DNA of 64,000 nucleotides from Octopus vulgaris. Lineage: Eukaryota. Every line of letters starts with the position of its first letter. Position 1 is the stretch's first letter. The DNA lies in contig OX597814.1 of NCBI GenBank assembly GCA_951406725.2, forward strand, positions 128,650,001 through 128,714,000, read 5' to 3'. The notes under the pieces were generated by a model, which did not search any database, was not told the DNA's origin, and saw nothing but the letters and a program-made list of their open reading frames with translations. This document shows positions 1 to 12,520 of this stretch, in pieces. Made by a program: the position numbers and the translations under genes.

Positions 1-506
1 TACTCTCTCTCTCTCTTCACTTCTTTCTAATTTTGTATACCTCCCACCGTCCACGCCGTGTAGCCTATTACTCACTCTCTTTCCACTCCTACATCTTTTC
101 TCTCTCTTTCGCTCTCCTACTCTATCTCTCCGTTTAATCTTTCCCTCTTTTTCTCTCTCACACCAGTCTTATAACTTTCTCTACCTCACTCTACTTCTCA
201 CACACTTTCGTAACTCACCCATTCTTTCTGCTTCACACTAACTCCCTCCCCTCCCATTTTCTGTCTTCTCCCTGTAACCTCATACACATACTCTCTCTTT
301 CTCTTTATTACGTCTTACCCATTCTCACCTTTCCTCTCTTCCTCTCTCTCTCTCTTATCAGATGTAAGTTTATTGCTGTCTTTATTAACGGTGACGAAAC
401 TTTAAAAACTTTCGCTTTCTTTTTGGTTTCCAATTAATTATGTTTTCGGTTTTCTGGCCGTCTTTTATTCATTCTGTTATGTTCCTTCTCTTTTCCTTTC
501 ATGTAC

Positions 507-550
<44 letters not shown>

Positions 551-1705
551 CTTACGTACCTACATGCCTACCTACCCATCACCCACACACCCACCCACCT
601 ACCTACCTACCTACCTACATATCTAACCATTCTCATTTCTGCATTCATTAAAAAAAATCACTGAGGGAGTGAAAGATTTCAAACATTTTTTTACATCATG
701 TGTATTTTTTCCTCTATCTTTATAATTGTTAAGATTTTATATATTAGAATATATAAATAAACATCATGACACCAACGGCATATGCCTCTACGTGGTTGCT
801 CGACTTGCTAGAAATAGCAGCTATATCTTCCAATCATCCGCTATCATATCAAATAAAGAAAGAACATTCACTATAATAAAAAAAAAAAGCTGTCAATTAG
901 TTGAATTTGCATTACTTTTTCAAAAAGAAAGAAATTATTAAAGTCGAGAATGTCTGGTAAATTCTTATAAATTCCAATTTTGATAATTTTTTTTTATCAA
1001 GATGCGAATTTCAAATTTTTTTATTATGAAGAATCAAGTACTCGCTTCATTCACAAAATAGTTTTTATTCACTGCAACATACCCCCTCTCTCTCCCTTTC
1101 TCTCTTTGTCGCTTGTATTAACTAACATAGTTCTAATTACTTATCTCTAAAATAACAGGATGATCACATTTGGAATAGATTTAATAGCTCAACTTTTTCA
1201 GGATTGATCTGAGGCTTAGAACAAATTTTGTTATTTTCCTACATGCATGCCATGTCAGGGAGATGGAGAAAACATTTAGGGAAGAGATGAGATATATAGG
1301 AAATACTTGAATACTGAAGAAAGAGGAATCATTGAAGTATAAAAGTATTTAAGAGGAATCATTAAAGTATAAAGCCTTATTTTGACTGAGCCAAAGAGGT
1401 AAGCTACTATAAATTGGCATGAACTTTCCGGACAACCCAATACAAGTCCACTTATGGTCTTCAGTCACATAGATACATACCATGGGATAGTGTGGTCTGT
1501 AGCAGCTCATCTTACTGTTAATTGTTGATTGTTCCAAAAGATTTGCTGAGAGGTGTAGGAGTGGCCATGTGATAAGCAGCTTACTTCCCAACCATATGGT
1601 TCTGGGTTCAGTCTCACTGTGTGGAACCTTGGGCAAGTGTCTTCTACTGTAGCCAAAACCTTGTGAGTGGATTTAGTAAATGGAAACTGAGAGAAGCCCA
1701 TCGTA

Positions 1706-2300
1706 TATAATACAGACAATGGGCTATATACCTATTGTAATTTAGTCATCTATAGTCTGATATGATATTTCAGCATAATATTCCTTCTTTGGATATTCTT
1801 AAATCGAGTCGCTGCTATAATCGGTTTTCCAACAGCTTTTCTTTTTTCTTTTTTTTCTTTTGGAAGTGTCTCAGCAGTGGTCTCATGATGCTCCTTCCGG
1901 AATTCCTCATGAGAAGTGCGTGAAGTTGGCCATGTCTCAATCTTGTCTGTGCTGGTACATCCATAGCACTGATTGAGACATGGCTGACCTCACATACTTC
2001 TCATGAGGAATTCCAAAAGGAGCATCATGAGACCACTGCTGAACCGCTTCAAAAAATTCAAAAAAAAAAAAGAAAAAAGAAAAGCCGGTGAAAAACCGAT
2101 TTTAGCAGTGACTCCATCTAAGAATATCTGAAGAAGGCATATTATTCCGAAATATCATATCAACTAAGGATGACTAAATTACAACAGGTATATAGCCCAT
2201 TGTCTGTATTATAGTGCATTGTTGTACCACTCAAAACTTTTTATTCTTTACAAACAATACACAATGCTTCAAGCGAACTACAATACTCTCCTATATAAAT
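1706..2300. mobile_element. Foldback element (arms 1706-1942 / 1971-2213) with hammerhead-like motif; probable non-autonomous Penelope-like element
   Basis: ~240-bp imperfect inverted arms read directly; inserted at the TA tract of a SINE; CTGAAGA...GAAA core in the right arm. Confidence 0.65.
2124..2160 (+). ncRNA. Minimal hammerhead ribozyme-like motif (weak stems)
   Basis: atat-CTGAAGA-a-ggcat(att)attcc-GAAA-ta-TC-atat; the opposite arm has ggaat/atgct, so the consensus stem II is ggaat/attcc. Confidence 0.5.
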
Positions 2301-2912
2301 ATAAAAATATCTATGTGTATGTGTGTCTTTGTGTTTGTGTTTCTCCCCCCACCATCTCACCCCTTGACAACCAGTGTTGGTATGTTTACGTCCCTATAAC
2401 TTAGCAGTCCAGCAAAGAGATTGATAGAATAAGTACCAGGCTTCTAAAATAAAAGTACTGGGGTTGATCCATTCAGTTAAATATTCTTCAAGGTGGTGCC
2501 CCAGCATGGCCGCAGTCTAATGACTGAAACAGGTGAAAGATAATAGATAAAAGATACAAGACAACCAAGTCAGCACTAATTATTAAAGAAGACACAGCCT
2601 GGGTCTGAAGTGGGTTTTAGAGACATGCTTTAACAAAAGCTAAGGGATACCTCACTCCCTGTGGTCTTCCAGCATACTGGATGCCAACCGAGAATTTCTG
2701 AGAGCCCTTGCTTTTGCCAGATAGTCGTTAAACCTCACCTAGGTTCATCTGTCTTTTTAAAAGGTCTTGTTTTTAGTCCTGCTGGGTTTCTAGCAACCCT
2801 TTATTGGATGGTCATTGACTTTCCAAATTCATCTGCTTTTTGACAAGACGTGTTCTTCACCCTACAGGGTATCCAAACTCACTTCACCAAAGAAGCTTCA
2901 TGTTGTTTCCAG

Positions 2913-3367
2913 TTTCTTATTTGGTTACTGGCCACAGGGGGCTACACACAGAGGGGACAAACAAGGACAGACAAACGGATTAAATTGATTATATCAACCC
3001 CAGTGCATAAGTGGTACTTATTTAATCGACCCCAGTGTATAACTGGTACTTATTTAATCGACCCTGAAAGGATGAAAGGCAAAGTTGACCTCGGCGGAAT
3101 TTGAACTTAGAATGTAGAGGCAGACGAAATACCTATTTCTTTATTACCCACAAGGGGCTAAACACAGAGAGGACAAACAAGGACAGACAAATGGATTAAG
3201 TGGATTATATCAACCCCAGTGCGTAACTGGTACTTATTTAATCGACTCCGAAAGGATGAAAGGCAAAGTCGACCTCGGTGGAATTTGAACTCGGAACGTA
3301 GCAGCAGACGAAATACTGCTAAGCATTTCGCCCGGCGTGCTAACGTTTCTGCCAGCTCACTGCCTTA
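2913..3367 (-). mobile_element. SINE family B (Nin/Deu-domain-like), head-to-tail dimer
   Basis: Minus-strand GAGTTCAAATTCC B box and GCCTTTCATCCTTTCGG(G)GTCGAT...AAGTACCAG domain; flanked by the direct repeat TGTTGTTTCCA. Confidence 0.85.
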
Positions 3368-3691
3368 CTTGTTGTTTCCATTTTAGCCATCACTGACCCT
3401 ACCATGCAATGGTAATCTGGCACTTCAACACAGCAGAAATGGATGTAAGAAGGGATAGAAGGCAACTCTAAGTCAAGTAAAAAAAAATAGCAATAAAAGT
3501 CAAAAGTCAATACACTGTACACAGAATAAACACACACACATGAAAAGTTGGAGCAATGTTCACTGGTACTTTATTTTATTAACACTGGAAGGGTGAAAGT
3601 TAAAGCTGCCCTCAGTGGCACTTGAACCCAAAATATAAAGGGCTCTAACTATTTTGTCTCATCTTCAAACAATTTTACCAATCCAATTTCT

Positions 3692-4070
3692 AGTGGCTGT
3701 GTGGTAAAGAGTTTGCTTCCCAAACACATTGTTCCAGGTTCAATCCCACTGCATGGCACCTTGGGCAAGTGTCCTCTACTATAGCTTGGGCTGACCAAAT
3801 CCACTCACATGTGTGTGTGTGTGTGTGTGTACCTGTGTGTGTATCTTTGAGTCTGTGTTTGCTGCCACCACTACTTCACAACCAATCTTGGTTTGTTTAC
3901 ATCCCTGTAACTTAATGGTTCAACAAAAGAGACTGATAGAATAAGTATCAGGCTTTAAAAAGAAAAAGTGCCAGGGTTGATTCATTCATCTAAAAATTCT
4001 TTAAGGGGATGCTCCAGCATGGCTGCAGTCTAGTGTTTGAAACAAATAAAAGATTAAAAATAAAAGATAT
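3692..4070 (+). mobile_element. SINE family A (older variant)
   Basis: Same head, core, (TG)n centre and GAAACAAATAAAAGA tail as other family A copies. Confidence 0.8.
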
Positions 4071-4347
4071 GCACAGGACCAGAAATTTGAGGGGAAATAG
4101 TTTATTGGTCATTTATTTTATTGAATAGAACAAGATTAATATGAAATCAGCTTCTGGCTAACTTTGGGAACAATATGAAATCTATTGATTTCAATTTACC
4201 TGCAGTTAACTTGTGATGTAGGTAGCTCGTAGACTTTGTATTGGATCTGTCTTTTGCAATAAAAAAAAGTTACAACCAAAGCAGAGCTGTGTTGGCTAAA
4301 ACAAACTACAAATACCCATGGATAAATGAATTAATAAATAAATATTC

Positions 4348-4782
4348 ATAGGTGCAGGAGTGGCTGTGTGGTAAGTAGCTTGCTTACCAACCACATGGTC
4401 TTGGGTTCAGTCCCACTGCATGGCACCCTGGGCAAATGTCTTCTACTATAGCCTTGGATCGACCAAAGTGAGTGGATTTGGTAGACGGAAACTGAAAGAA
4501 GCCTGTCATGTATATATATATATATATATGTATACATATGTATATGTTTGTGTGTCTGTATTTGTCTCCCATCACCATCACTTGACAACTGATGTTGGTG
4601 TGTTTACATCCCCGTAACTTAGCAGTTCGGCAAAAGAGACTGATAGAATAAATACTAGGCTTACAAAGAATAAGTTGATATGTTCAACTAAAGGTTCAAC
4701 TGAGGTTGACATGTTCAACTAAAGGTGGTGCTCCAGCATGGCCACAGTCAAATGACTTAAACAAATAAAAGAATAAAAGAAT
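4348..4782 (+). mobile_element. SINE family A, full length
   Basis: TAGGTGCAGGAGTGGCTGTGTGGTAAG head through to a (TAAAAGAA)n tail. Confidence 0.9.
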
Positions 4783-4869
4783 ATACATGTTCTGTATGCA
4801 TGCATGTGTCTATGTGTGTGTATGTATACATATGAGGAATTATGATAAATACAAGTTTATATCATTTGT

Positions 4870-5778
4870 GTGCATTGTCACATAAAAGCTCCCAACACTC
4901 TCTCTAAAGTGGTTGGCATTAAGAAGAGCTTCCATAGAAATCAACCTTTGAAGACTGGGCCTGCTGGAGACAAAGTGGCCGAGTTCCTTTTGAGCACTGG
5001 GCCTCATGGAGGCAAAGTGACTGAGTTCCTTTTGTGTGTTGGGCCTAACGGACGTAATGATGGAAACTTGAGAAGAAGACCCATCAAGTTGAGCAAAATC
5101 ACAGTTGTTGCAGATACCAGTGTCATGCAAATGACACCCATGCTGGTGGTACATAAAAGCAACCATATACTCTTGGAGTGGTTGGTATTAGGAAGGGCAT
5201 CCAGCTGTAGAAAACCATGACAAAACAGCCTGGAGTCTGGTGCAGTCTTCCAGCATGCCAGCCCTATCACACTGTGCAACTCATGCCAGCATGGACAATG
5301 GACATTAAATACCAAATCAGACTGAGTTTTGTTGCAGCTCCCCAGATTGCCAACTCTGGTCAAACTGTTCCACCCATGCTAGCATGGACAATGGATGTTA
5401 AATGATATATATATATATATAAAATCAAAGGATAGAATCATTAAAATTAATGAATTTTATCAGTGGCCAGCATATAAAAATAATTTTACCTAAAAAGTTA
5501 TATATCTATATATATATATATATGGCCTTCGTGCCGGTGGCACGTAAAAAGCATCAACTGATCGTGGACATTGCCAGCCTCACCTGGTACCATGCCGGTG
5601 GCATGTAAAGAGTACCCACTACACTCACGGAGTGGTTGGCGTTAGGAAGAACATCCAGCTGTAGAAACACTGCCAGATCAGACTGGGCCTGGTGCAATCT
5701 CCTGGCTTCCCAGACCCCAGTCGAACTGTCCAACCCATGCTAGCATGGAAAGCGGACGTTAAACGATGATGATGATGA

Positions 5779-5781
<3 letters not shown>
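4870..5781 (+). mobile_element. Cluster of RTE LINE 3'UTR remnants (family C)
   Basis: GGCGTTAGGAAGGGCATCCAGCTGTAGAA-type domain, CCCATGCTAGCATGGAAAGCGGACGTTAAACG end and (ATG)n tails. Confidence 0.8.
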
Positions 5782-5829
<48 letters not shown>

Positions 5830-5830
<1 letters not shown>

Positions 5831-6566
5831 GTAAATATAAGAGAGTAACCACTATGTGGTCGACTCTAGCACTAGAAATAGATCCGCTAGGTTTCAGCCA
5901 CGAAGAATTGTTTCCAATGAAAGTTAGCACGACTACTAGCGTAAACGCCAAGTCGACTACATAGTGGTTACTCTCTTATATTTGCGTATAGAATTTATTG
6001 TATTCCTGGTTTTTATGCACTAAGCCACTTGGTGTTAAATGGATGTACTATTAAATTAGTATCCAATTTTCTCACCCTTATTAGTTGATTGTAATTATAC
6101 TACATTTAATTTTTGATGTTGTATCTGTTTCCGTGAATTTTGGCGGGCTGTGGCGGGGGCACTTGAATTATAACAGCGAATGCAATCGACTGAACCGCAC
6201 GTGTGTTTATCGTTATGGTAAAATCTGGCGTGCGGTTGAGTAAATTGTGTTCTGGACGGGTTCGGCTGAGGAGCTACAGATATGTTATTAATAGCGAAAC
6301 AATTGTCCTGAACTAATCTGCATTTTTATTATTTTTATTTGCCCTGTTCGTTTACGCTAGTAGTCGTGCTAACTTTCATCGGAAACAATTCTTCGTGGCT
6401 GAAACCTAGCGGATCTATTTTTAGTGCTAGAGTCGACTACATAGTGGTTACTCTCTTATATTTACGTATAAAATTTATTGAATTCCTGGTTTTTATGCAC
6501 TAAGCCATGTGTTAAATGGATGTACTATTAAATTAGTATCCAATTTTCTCACCCTTATTAGTTGAT
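5830..6566 (+). mobile_element. Non-autonomous Penelope-like/retrozyme-like element: inverted 5' segment plus 480-bp unit with ~135-bp terminal direct repeat, inside (TA)n
   Basis: 5830-5947 is the reverse complement of 6349-6466; 5951-6089 repeats at 6431-6566; (TA)n on both flanks; contains a hammerhead. Confidence 0.8.
6260..6313 (+). ncRNA. Type I minimal hammerhead ribozyme
   Basis: Stem I gttcgg/ctgaac, core CTGAGGA, stem II gcta/tagc, GAAA, palindromic stem III acaattgt, GUC triplet (cleavage predicted after 6307). Confidence 0.85.
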
Positions 6567-6581
6567 ATATATATATATATC

Positions 6582-6880
6582 ATCATCATCATCATCATCA
6601 TCGTTTAACGTCCGTTTTCCGTGCTAGCATGGGTGGACGGTTCGACCGGGGTCTGGGAAGCCAGGAGGCTGCACTAGGCTCCAGTCTGATCTGGCAATGT
6701 TTCTACAGCTGGATGCCTTTCCTAACGCCAACCACTCCGTGAGTGTAGCGGGTGCTTTTTATGTGCCACCGGCACAGGTGCCAGGGGAGACTGGCAGCGG
6801 CCACGATCGGATGGTGCTTTTTACGTGCCACTGGCACAGAAGCCTCTCAAGGCGGCACTGGCATCAGCCACATTCGGATG
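6582..6880 (-). mobile_element. RTE 3'UTR remnant (family C)
   Basis: (CAT)n tail followed by the reverse complement of the family C terminal domain and tandem units. Confidence 0.85.
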
Positions 6881-6921
6881 ATAAGTGTATATATATATTT
6901 GTGTGTGTGTGTGTATAATTG

Positions 6922-6953
<32 letters not shown>

Positions 6954-6990
6954 TATATATATATGTAAGTATATATATATAAACGTATAT

Positions 6991-7027
<37 letters not shown>

Positions 7028-7293
7028 AGTGTGATGCCCACTAAATGGGCATACATTATGCTTTTAGTAGTCCCCTATGGTCTTACCACTAAGAAAAGAT
7101 TGTTCTCAAGAGAATTCAGCAAATGCCAGAATTTTTCACCCTTATTATTTTTAATTTAAATTTATATATATATACATATATATATGTAGATAGATAGAGA
7201 GATAGATATAAATTTCAAGCTGTATAACGACTTTGTTTAAACTTGTCCCTCACACCTTATCTTTTTCTTGTTGTTGCTCATTGCATCATGCAC

Positions 7294-7325
<32 letters not shown>

Positions 7326-7638
7326 ATATATATGCTTTACCCTTTATATATATTATATAAATGTGTGTGTGTGTGTGTGTGTGCGTAAGATGTCATACTG
7401 AATACAGCTCTTCAAATTAAATGGTTTTATTAATATTGTATTTCACTTCAGTTTGAAACCAGTTAGTTAGACAGTTTTTAATTAATAAATTAATAGATAA
7501 ATAAATTAATTGCCTTGTTTCAGTTGATTTTTGCAGCCTCTATCTTCCTAAGGAGCATTATTGTTTCATGCATACAAATACATAAATGTCTGTGCATAAG
7601 TTTGTGTATGTGATTGTGCATGTGTGTATATGCGTGTG

Positions 7639-7674
<36 letters not shown>

Positions 7675-7914
7675 CATGTGTGTATGTGTGTGTGTGTTTG
7701 TGTGTGTGTGTGCGTGCGTGCATGTGTTTTTGTGTGTGTGTGCATCTACCACCTGGTCATTTCAGCCCACATGGTTCTGCTAAGTGTCCGTGTTGGCTGG
7801 TATGTTCACTGTAACACACACACACATATACATATGCACATGCACACACATGCACATACACACGCACACATGCATACCATCATCATCATCTTCATCATCA
7901 CAACAGCAGCATTG

Positions 7915-8135
7915 TTGTTTTAAAGCACACTTTTCCATGCTCACATGAGCCAAACAGAATTTGTTGAGGAAAATTTTCTCTGAATGAGTGCTCTTCCTGT
8001 TGCTAACCCTCACCTGTTTCCAAGTAAAGTAATGTTTTTCAGTGGTAGCTTTGTTTTCACAGAAGATTGAAAATGAATAACACTGCCTATATAACAGTGA
8101 CTCTCATTTACAACTATCATGTGGTGTCAATACAG
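7915..8135 (-). mobile_element. Meta-domain-like SINE fragment (family D); second copy at 56330-56555 (+)
   Basis: Shared TTGGAAACAGGTGAGGGTT..ACAGGAAG(G/A)G motif and CATGGAAAA..TG tail. Confidence 0.6.
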
Positions 8136-8254
8136 AAGAGACAAACACATACAAATATACATTTGTACATACACATTGACACACATATGAAAACTTCCGC
8201 ACACACGCACTCACACACACACACTCACACACAAACACACACACACACACACAC

Positions 8255-8427
8255 AGTGTGGCTGTGGGGTAAAGCATTTGCTTCCCAACCACATGGTTCT
8301 GGGTTCAGTCCCACAATGTCGCATCTTGGGCAAATGTTTTCTACTGTATCCCCTAGCCAACCAAAGCCTTGTGAGTAGAATTGGATGGTGGAAACTGAGA
8401 GAAGCCCATCTATATATATATACAAAA

Positions 8428-8486
<59 letters not shown>

Positions 8487-8522
8487 CATACACATACATA
8501 TCAATCTATCTATCTATCTATA

Positions 8523-8569
<47 letters not shown>

Positions 8570-10696
8570 TCATCTACCTATCTACTGAAATAGAATAGAG
8601 GGAGACCTAGTTAAGAAATTAGAGGTTGGCACTTGTCATTGAGAAACTGGTCGACAAGGTGCAAACATGTGTCGTGCCAGGCAATAGTATCCATGACAAC
8701 ATTCATCTAATGCACTACATCATAGGGTAGTTAAGGAACCTGGCACAGGTGGAGCGCCGATCAATTTGGATCAATCAAAAGCTTTCGATAGGGTTGACTA
8801 TTTCTACTTGGAGGCTATCCTTAGAGCGACTGGTTTTGGTCCCATCTTCCAGAGTTGGATTGCTGCCTTATACAGCGGCATCCATTTGGAAGTTCGTGTA
8901 AATCGTCATATGTCAAGACCATTTAACATCATGCATTCAGTCTGTCAAGGGGTATTGCGTGAGAACTGGGATGCAGGAGGAGTATGTCTGCATACATAGA
9001 CGATGTCACCATGATAGTGTTGAGCCACTGGCATATCAATATCAACCTGGTCAGTGGGACACTAAAAGAATACAAAGTGGTAACGGGAGTAAAAATTAAA
9101 CGGGAAAAGTCAGTGGGCTTGCGACTTGGCACCTGGAGAAGCAAACCCATGCTGTCCAGCAGCATCTCCATTGTGAGATGCTAGACAGACCGACCGGCTA
9201 AATTGCTCAGGGTCTGGTTTGGTCTGGACCTCCAAACGGAGAAGAACTGGGATGAGATAACAAATAGGGTGACCATTCTCACCCAGCAATGAGGCGAGAG
9301 GAAGCTATCCCTAAAACATCAGGCGGAGCTGGCGAATGCGTGCATTGCATCCATAATCGATTACTGTCTGACTGTTGTGCCTTGTTCCGATCCTACCATC
9401 ACCAAACTGGAACGCATACTCTTCTGCTTTTTGTGGAAGGGAAGAGTCAGGCAATCCATTTGCTGTCAACACCCACTAAATGGAGGGCTGGGCATGCGCA
9501 GACATGCGCAGAGACTGTGACATCTCCAGTGATTCATAGATGACGGTGAACCGGTGTGGTTGCTCTTTGTGAGGCGTTCTTTCCCACAGCTTATCTCTTT
9601 GGGCGAACTGCAGTCATGAATCAAACAGAGACAAAGGCTAGGCGAATGGCACTGCGAGTGCCGCCTTGCTCTCAAGCAACTCTGCCATCCGGGACCAAAC
9701 TTGTGCGACTTCAATCCCACAAAGGCCTTCTATAGAGGATTAGTGGAGGAGAGGTGCGATGAAGTCCTCGGGGAGAATCTGGGCATCAACGAGAAACACC
9801 TGACTTGCCTGTTCAGGACAGCTTTCAAGCCAGGACCTATGAACAGTCATCAGAGATCACTGGCCTGGCAGTGCTGTTGGAAAACATTGCCAGTTCGGGA
9901 TAAGCTCTGCAGGCATTGTTCGAGATAAACCAGACCAACTTGCTTGAGATGTGGTCAGAACAACGAAACCATTCTGCACGCACTCGTGCAGTGTCCAACC
10001 ATTTTCGACTTGTGCGCTTATGCCAAATGGCTGCTGTCATGTGTGGGACGAATTTGGTTGTCAGCCAAGTCTATCATGAAAATTGCCCCACCGCCTTCAC
10101 TTAACTGGGAAGGCAAGGCAGTTTTCATCATACTGCTGACCATTAGGAAAGAATATGTGTGGACTCGAGTGAAAGGTTTAGAGACAAACACTTTCCTCTC
10201 TGGCCAATCATTCATCAACTTTTTCAAGTACCACTTGAAAAGGAAGGTGATAATAGAGAGGCAAGTTTTGTCTCATTAAAGATTCAATAAAAGGTGGGTG
10301 AACGTAGCAAAGATGTTTTGCATGAATGATGAAACCACTTTGAGCATTATCCTGTAAATCCAAAAGAGAGAGAGAGAGAGCACTTTGCTCTCATGTGTTT
10401 TTTCCTTCCCTGCCTGAGGTTACCGTTGTCATTTTCATAGGCTTTTCTTTCTACGGATAAACCTAATCTGTTTTTTTACATTTTTACTCTGTTCTGTGAT
10501 ACATGATTCCTTTGATCAGAATTTTTTTTGGTAAATGATCCCTTTTGATCAGAATTTTTTCCTCCTTTTTTTTCTTTCTTCCTCTTTTTTCTTCCTTTGA
10601 AAAGAAAAGCTCTACATTGTATTTTGTCCCCTCTACTTGAGGCCCTGTGTGGCTAATAAAGAAAGATATCTATCTATCTATCTACCTTTCTATTTA

Positions 10697-10749
<53 letters not shown>

Positions 10750-10955
10750 ATCTATCTATCTACCTTTCTATCTATATGTGTGTGTATATGTTTGTCTCCC
10801 ACTACTGCTTGACAACTGGTATCGGTTTGGGTAAATCCCCATAACTTAGAAGTTTGGCAAAAGAGACTGATAGAATAAGTACTAAGCTTAAATAAAAAAA
10901 AAAAGTATTGGGGTCGATTCGTTCAATTAAAAACCTTTCAAGAGGGTGCCCCAGC
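8255..10955 (+). mobile_element. SINE family A split by a Tx1 LINE (5' half 8255-8410, 3' half 10775-10955)
   Basis: Both halves match family A and flank the LINE and the (TCTA)n tracts. Confidence 0.75.
8620..10666 (+). pseudogene. 5'-truncated, frameshifted Tx1/L1-clade LINE (RT and C-terminal CCHC)
   Basis: Translated fragments PGNSIHDNIHL, LDQSKAFDRVD...GFG...WI..LYS, SAYIDD and CLRCGQNNETILHALVQCP; T-rich 3'UTR ending AATAAAGAAA. Confidence 0.85.
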
Positions 10956-11712
10956 CTGGGCTGGCAAGCCAGAAGACTGTACAAAGTTCCACTGCTTTGG
11001 CATGGGTTTTACAACTGGATGGCAACCATTTTACAGAGAGGACTGGGAGCTTTTTATGTAGCACCAGCAACAGTAATATGGATGTATACATGCATAGAAG
11101 CAATGCTTTTTATCAAAACTTTTGACTCAATTCAGATAAAACCACTCCAGATATTTGTTAGCGTATCCATGTAAATGGAGCTGGGACAGGCTAGTTTGTT
11201 GTGGCACTGAGTTGTATAGATTATAATGAACTACATATTATTGGTTTGACTTCATTATTATACTGTGTGTGTGTGTGTGTGCATGTATGTATGTATGTAT
11301 GTATGTATGTATGTACGCATTTATGTATGTATGTATGCATGTATGTATACACTCACACATACATAGCTGTAGATTTAATGTTGTTTGTGAAATTTTCAGA
11401 AGTAAAAGTGAAGTTGTAAACATCACATACCCAGGGTAGAGCAATCATAGACTAATCAAATCCATAGCAGATATTTCAAAGCTAGGTAGTTGATCTAAAT
11501 AGGCATTATGACAACCATACCAAAATTAAAGATGAGGATATAAAAACATCAAAAGTTACGTGAAAGCAAGACACATAAAAAATCTTGTTAGTTAGATAAC
11601 CATGTGCACAAGCATAGCTGTGTGGGTGAGATGTTTACTTACCAACCATGAGAACTTGAGTTCAGTCCCTGGGTGGCTTTGCTTTGAGTTGATTGTTGAG
11701 TTGTGAGTGAAA

Positions 11713-12520
11713 TGCGCAGGAGTGGCTGTGTGGTAAGTAGCTTGCTTACCAACCACATGATTCCAGGTTCATTCCCACTGTGTGGCACCTAGGGCAAGTG
11801 TCTTCTACTATAGCTTCAGGCTGACCAAAGCCTTGTGAGGGGATTTGGTAGACGGAAACTGAAAGAAGCCTGTCGTATATCTCTCTCTATATAAACGGCA
11901 GTTTGTCTGTGCGTTTTCTGTGTGTCTGTTTTCTCGTACCCTCACTCTGACCACGGCTTTCAACCGATTCTGATGAAACTTGACACACACATAGCCCAAT
12001 GTCATAATTCAAAACTAACGCAGCGAAAATTTTGAAAAGTTCCCCCAGTTCTGAAAAAAATCGATAAATTCGACATGGGGTCGAGAATCAGAAACCCAAA
12101 CCACAGACCGTCTAGGGGACGCAACTCCACCTTTTTTAACTCTCAAAAAAATTTACCATCATTTTTTTTCCATTTTTTTGCTATTTTTTGGCTATAACTC
12201 TCTAAAAATGCTTTATAGTTATTTCCCTTACAAACCTGAGCAACGCCGGGCGATACTGCTAGTATGCTTATATATATATATGTATGTGTGTGTATATATG
12301 TTTGTGTCTGTGTTTGTCCCCCCAACATCGCTTGACAACCTATACTGGTGTGTTTACGTCCCCATAACTTAGCAGTTCGGTAAAAGAGACCGATAGAATA
12401 AGTACTAGGCTTACAAAGAATAAGTCCTGAGGTTGATTTGTTCTACTAAAGGTGGTGCTCCAGCATGGCCACAGACAAATGATTGAAACAAGTAAAAGAG
12501 AGAAAGAGAGTAAAGAGATG
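11713..12520 (+). mobile_element. SINE family A split by a Helitron
   Basis: 5' half to 11879; 3' half from 12263. Confidence 0.85.
11880..12262 (+). mobile_element. Non-autonomous Helitron
   Basis: 5' TC after A, 3' hairpin CCTGAGCAACGCCGGG then CTAG followed by T; no TSD. Confidence 0.8.

Larger units (their letters stand above)
1551..2555 (+). mobile_element. tRNA-headed SINE family A (CORE-like, central microsatellite), split by an insertion at 1706-2300
   Basis: A-box-like GTGGCCATGTGATAA, B-box GGGTTCAGTCTC and CCTTGGGCAAGTGTCTT core; the 3' half resumes at ~2310 and ends GAAACAGGTGAAAGATAA; many near-identical copies in the window. Confidence 0.85.

Noticed and set aside
340-480. Penelope-like end after a CT-rich tract (CAGATGT...GACGAAAC)
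   Set aside because: The core is too degenerate and the element is cut by the window start
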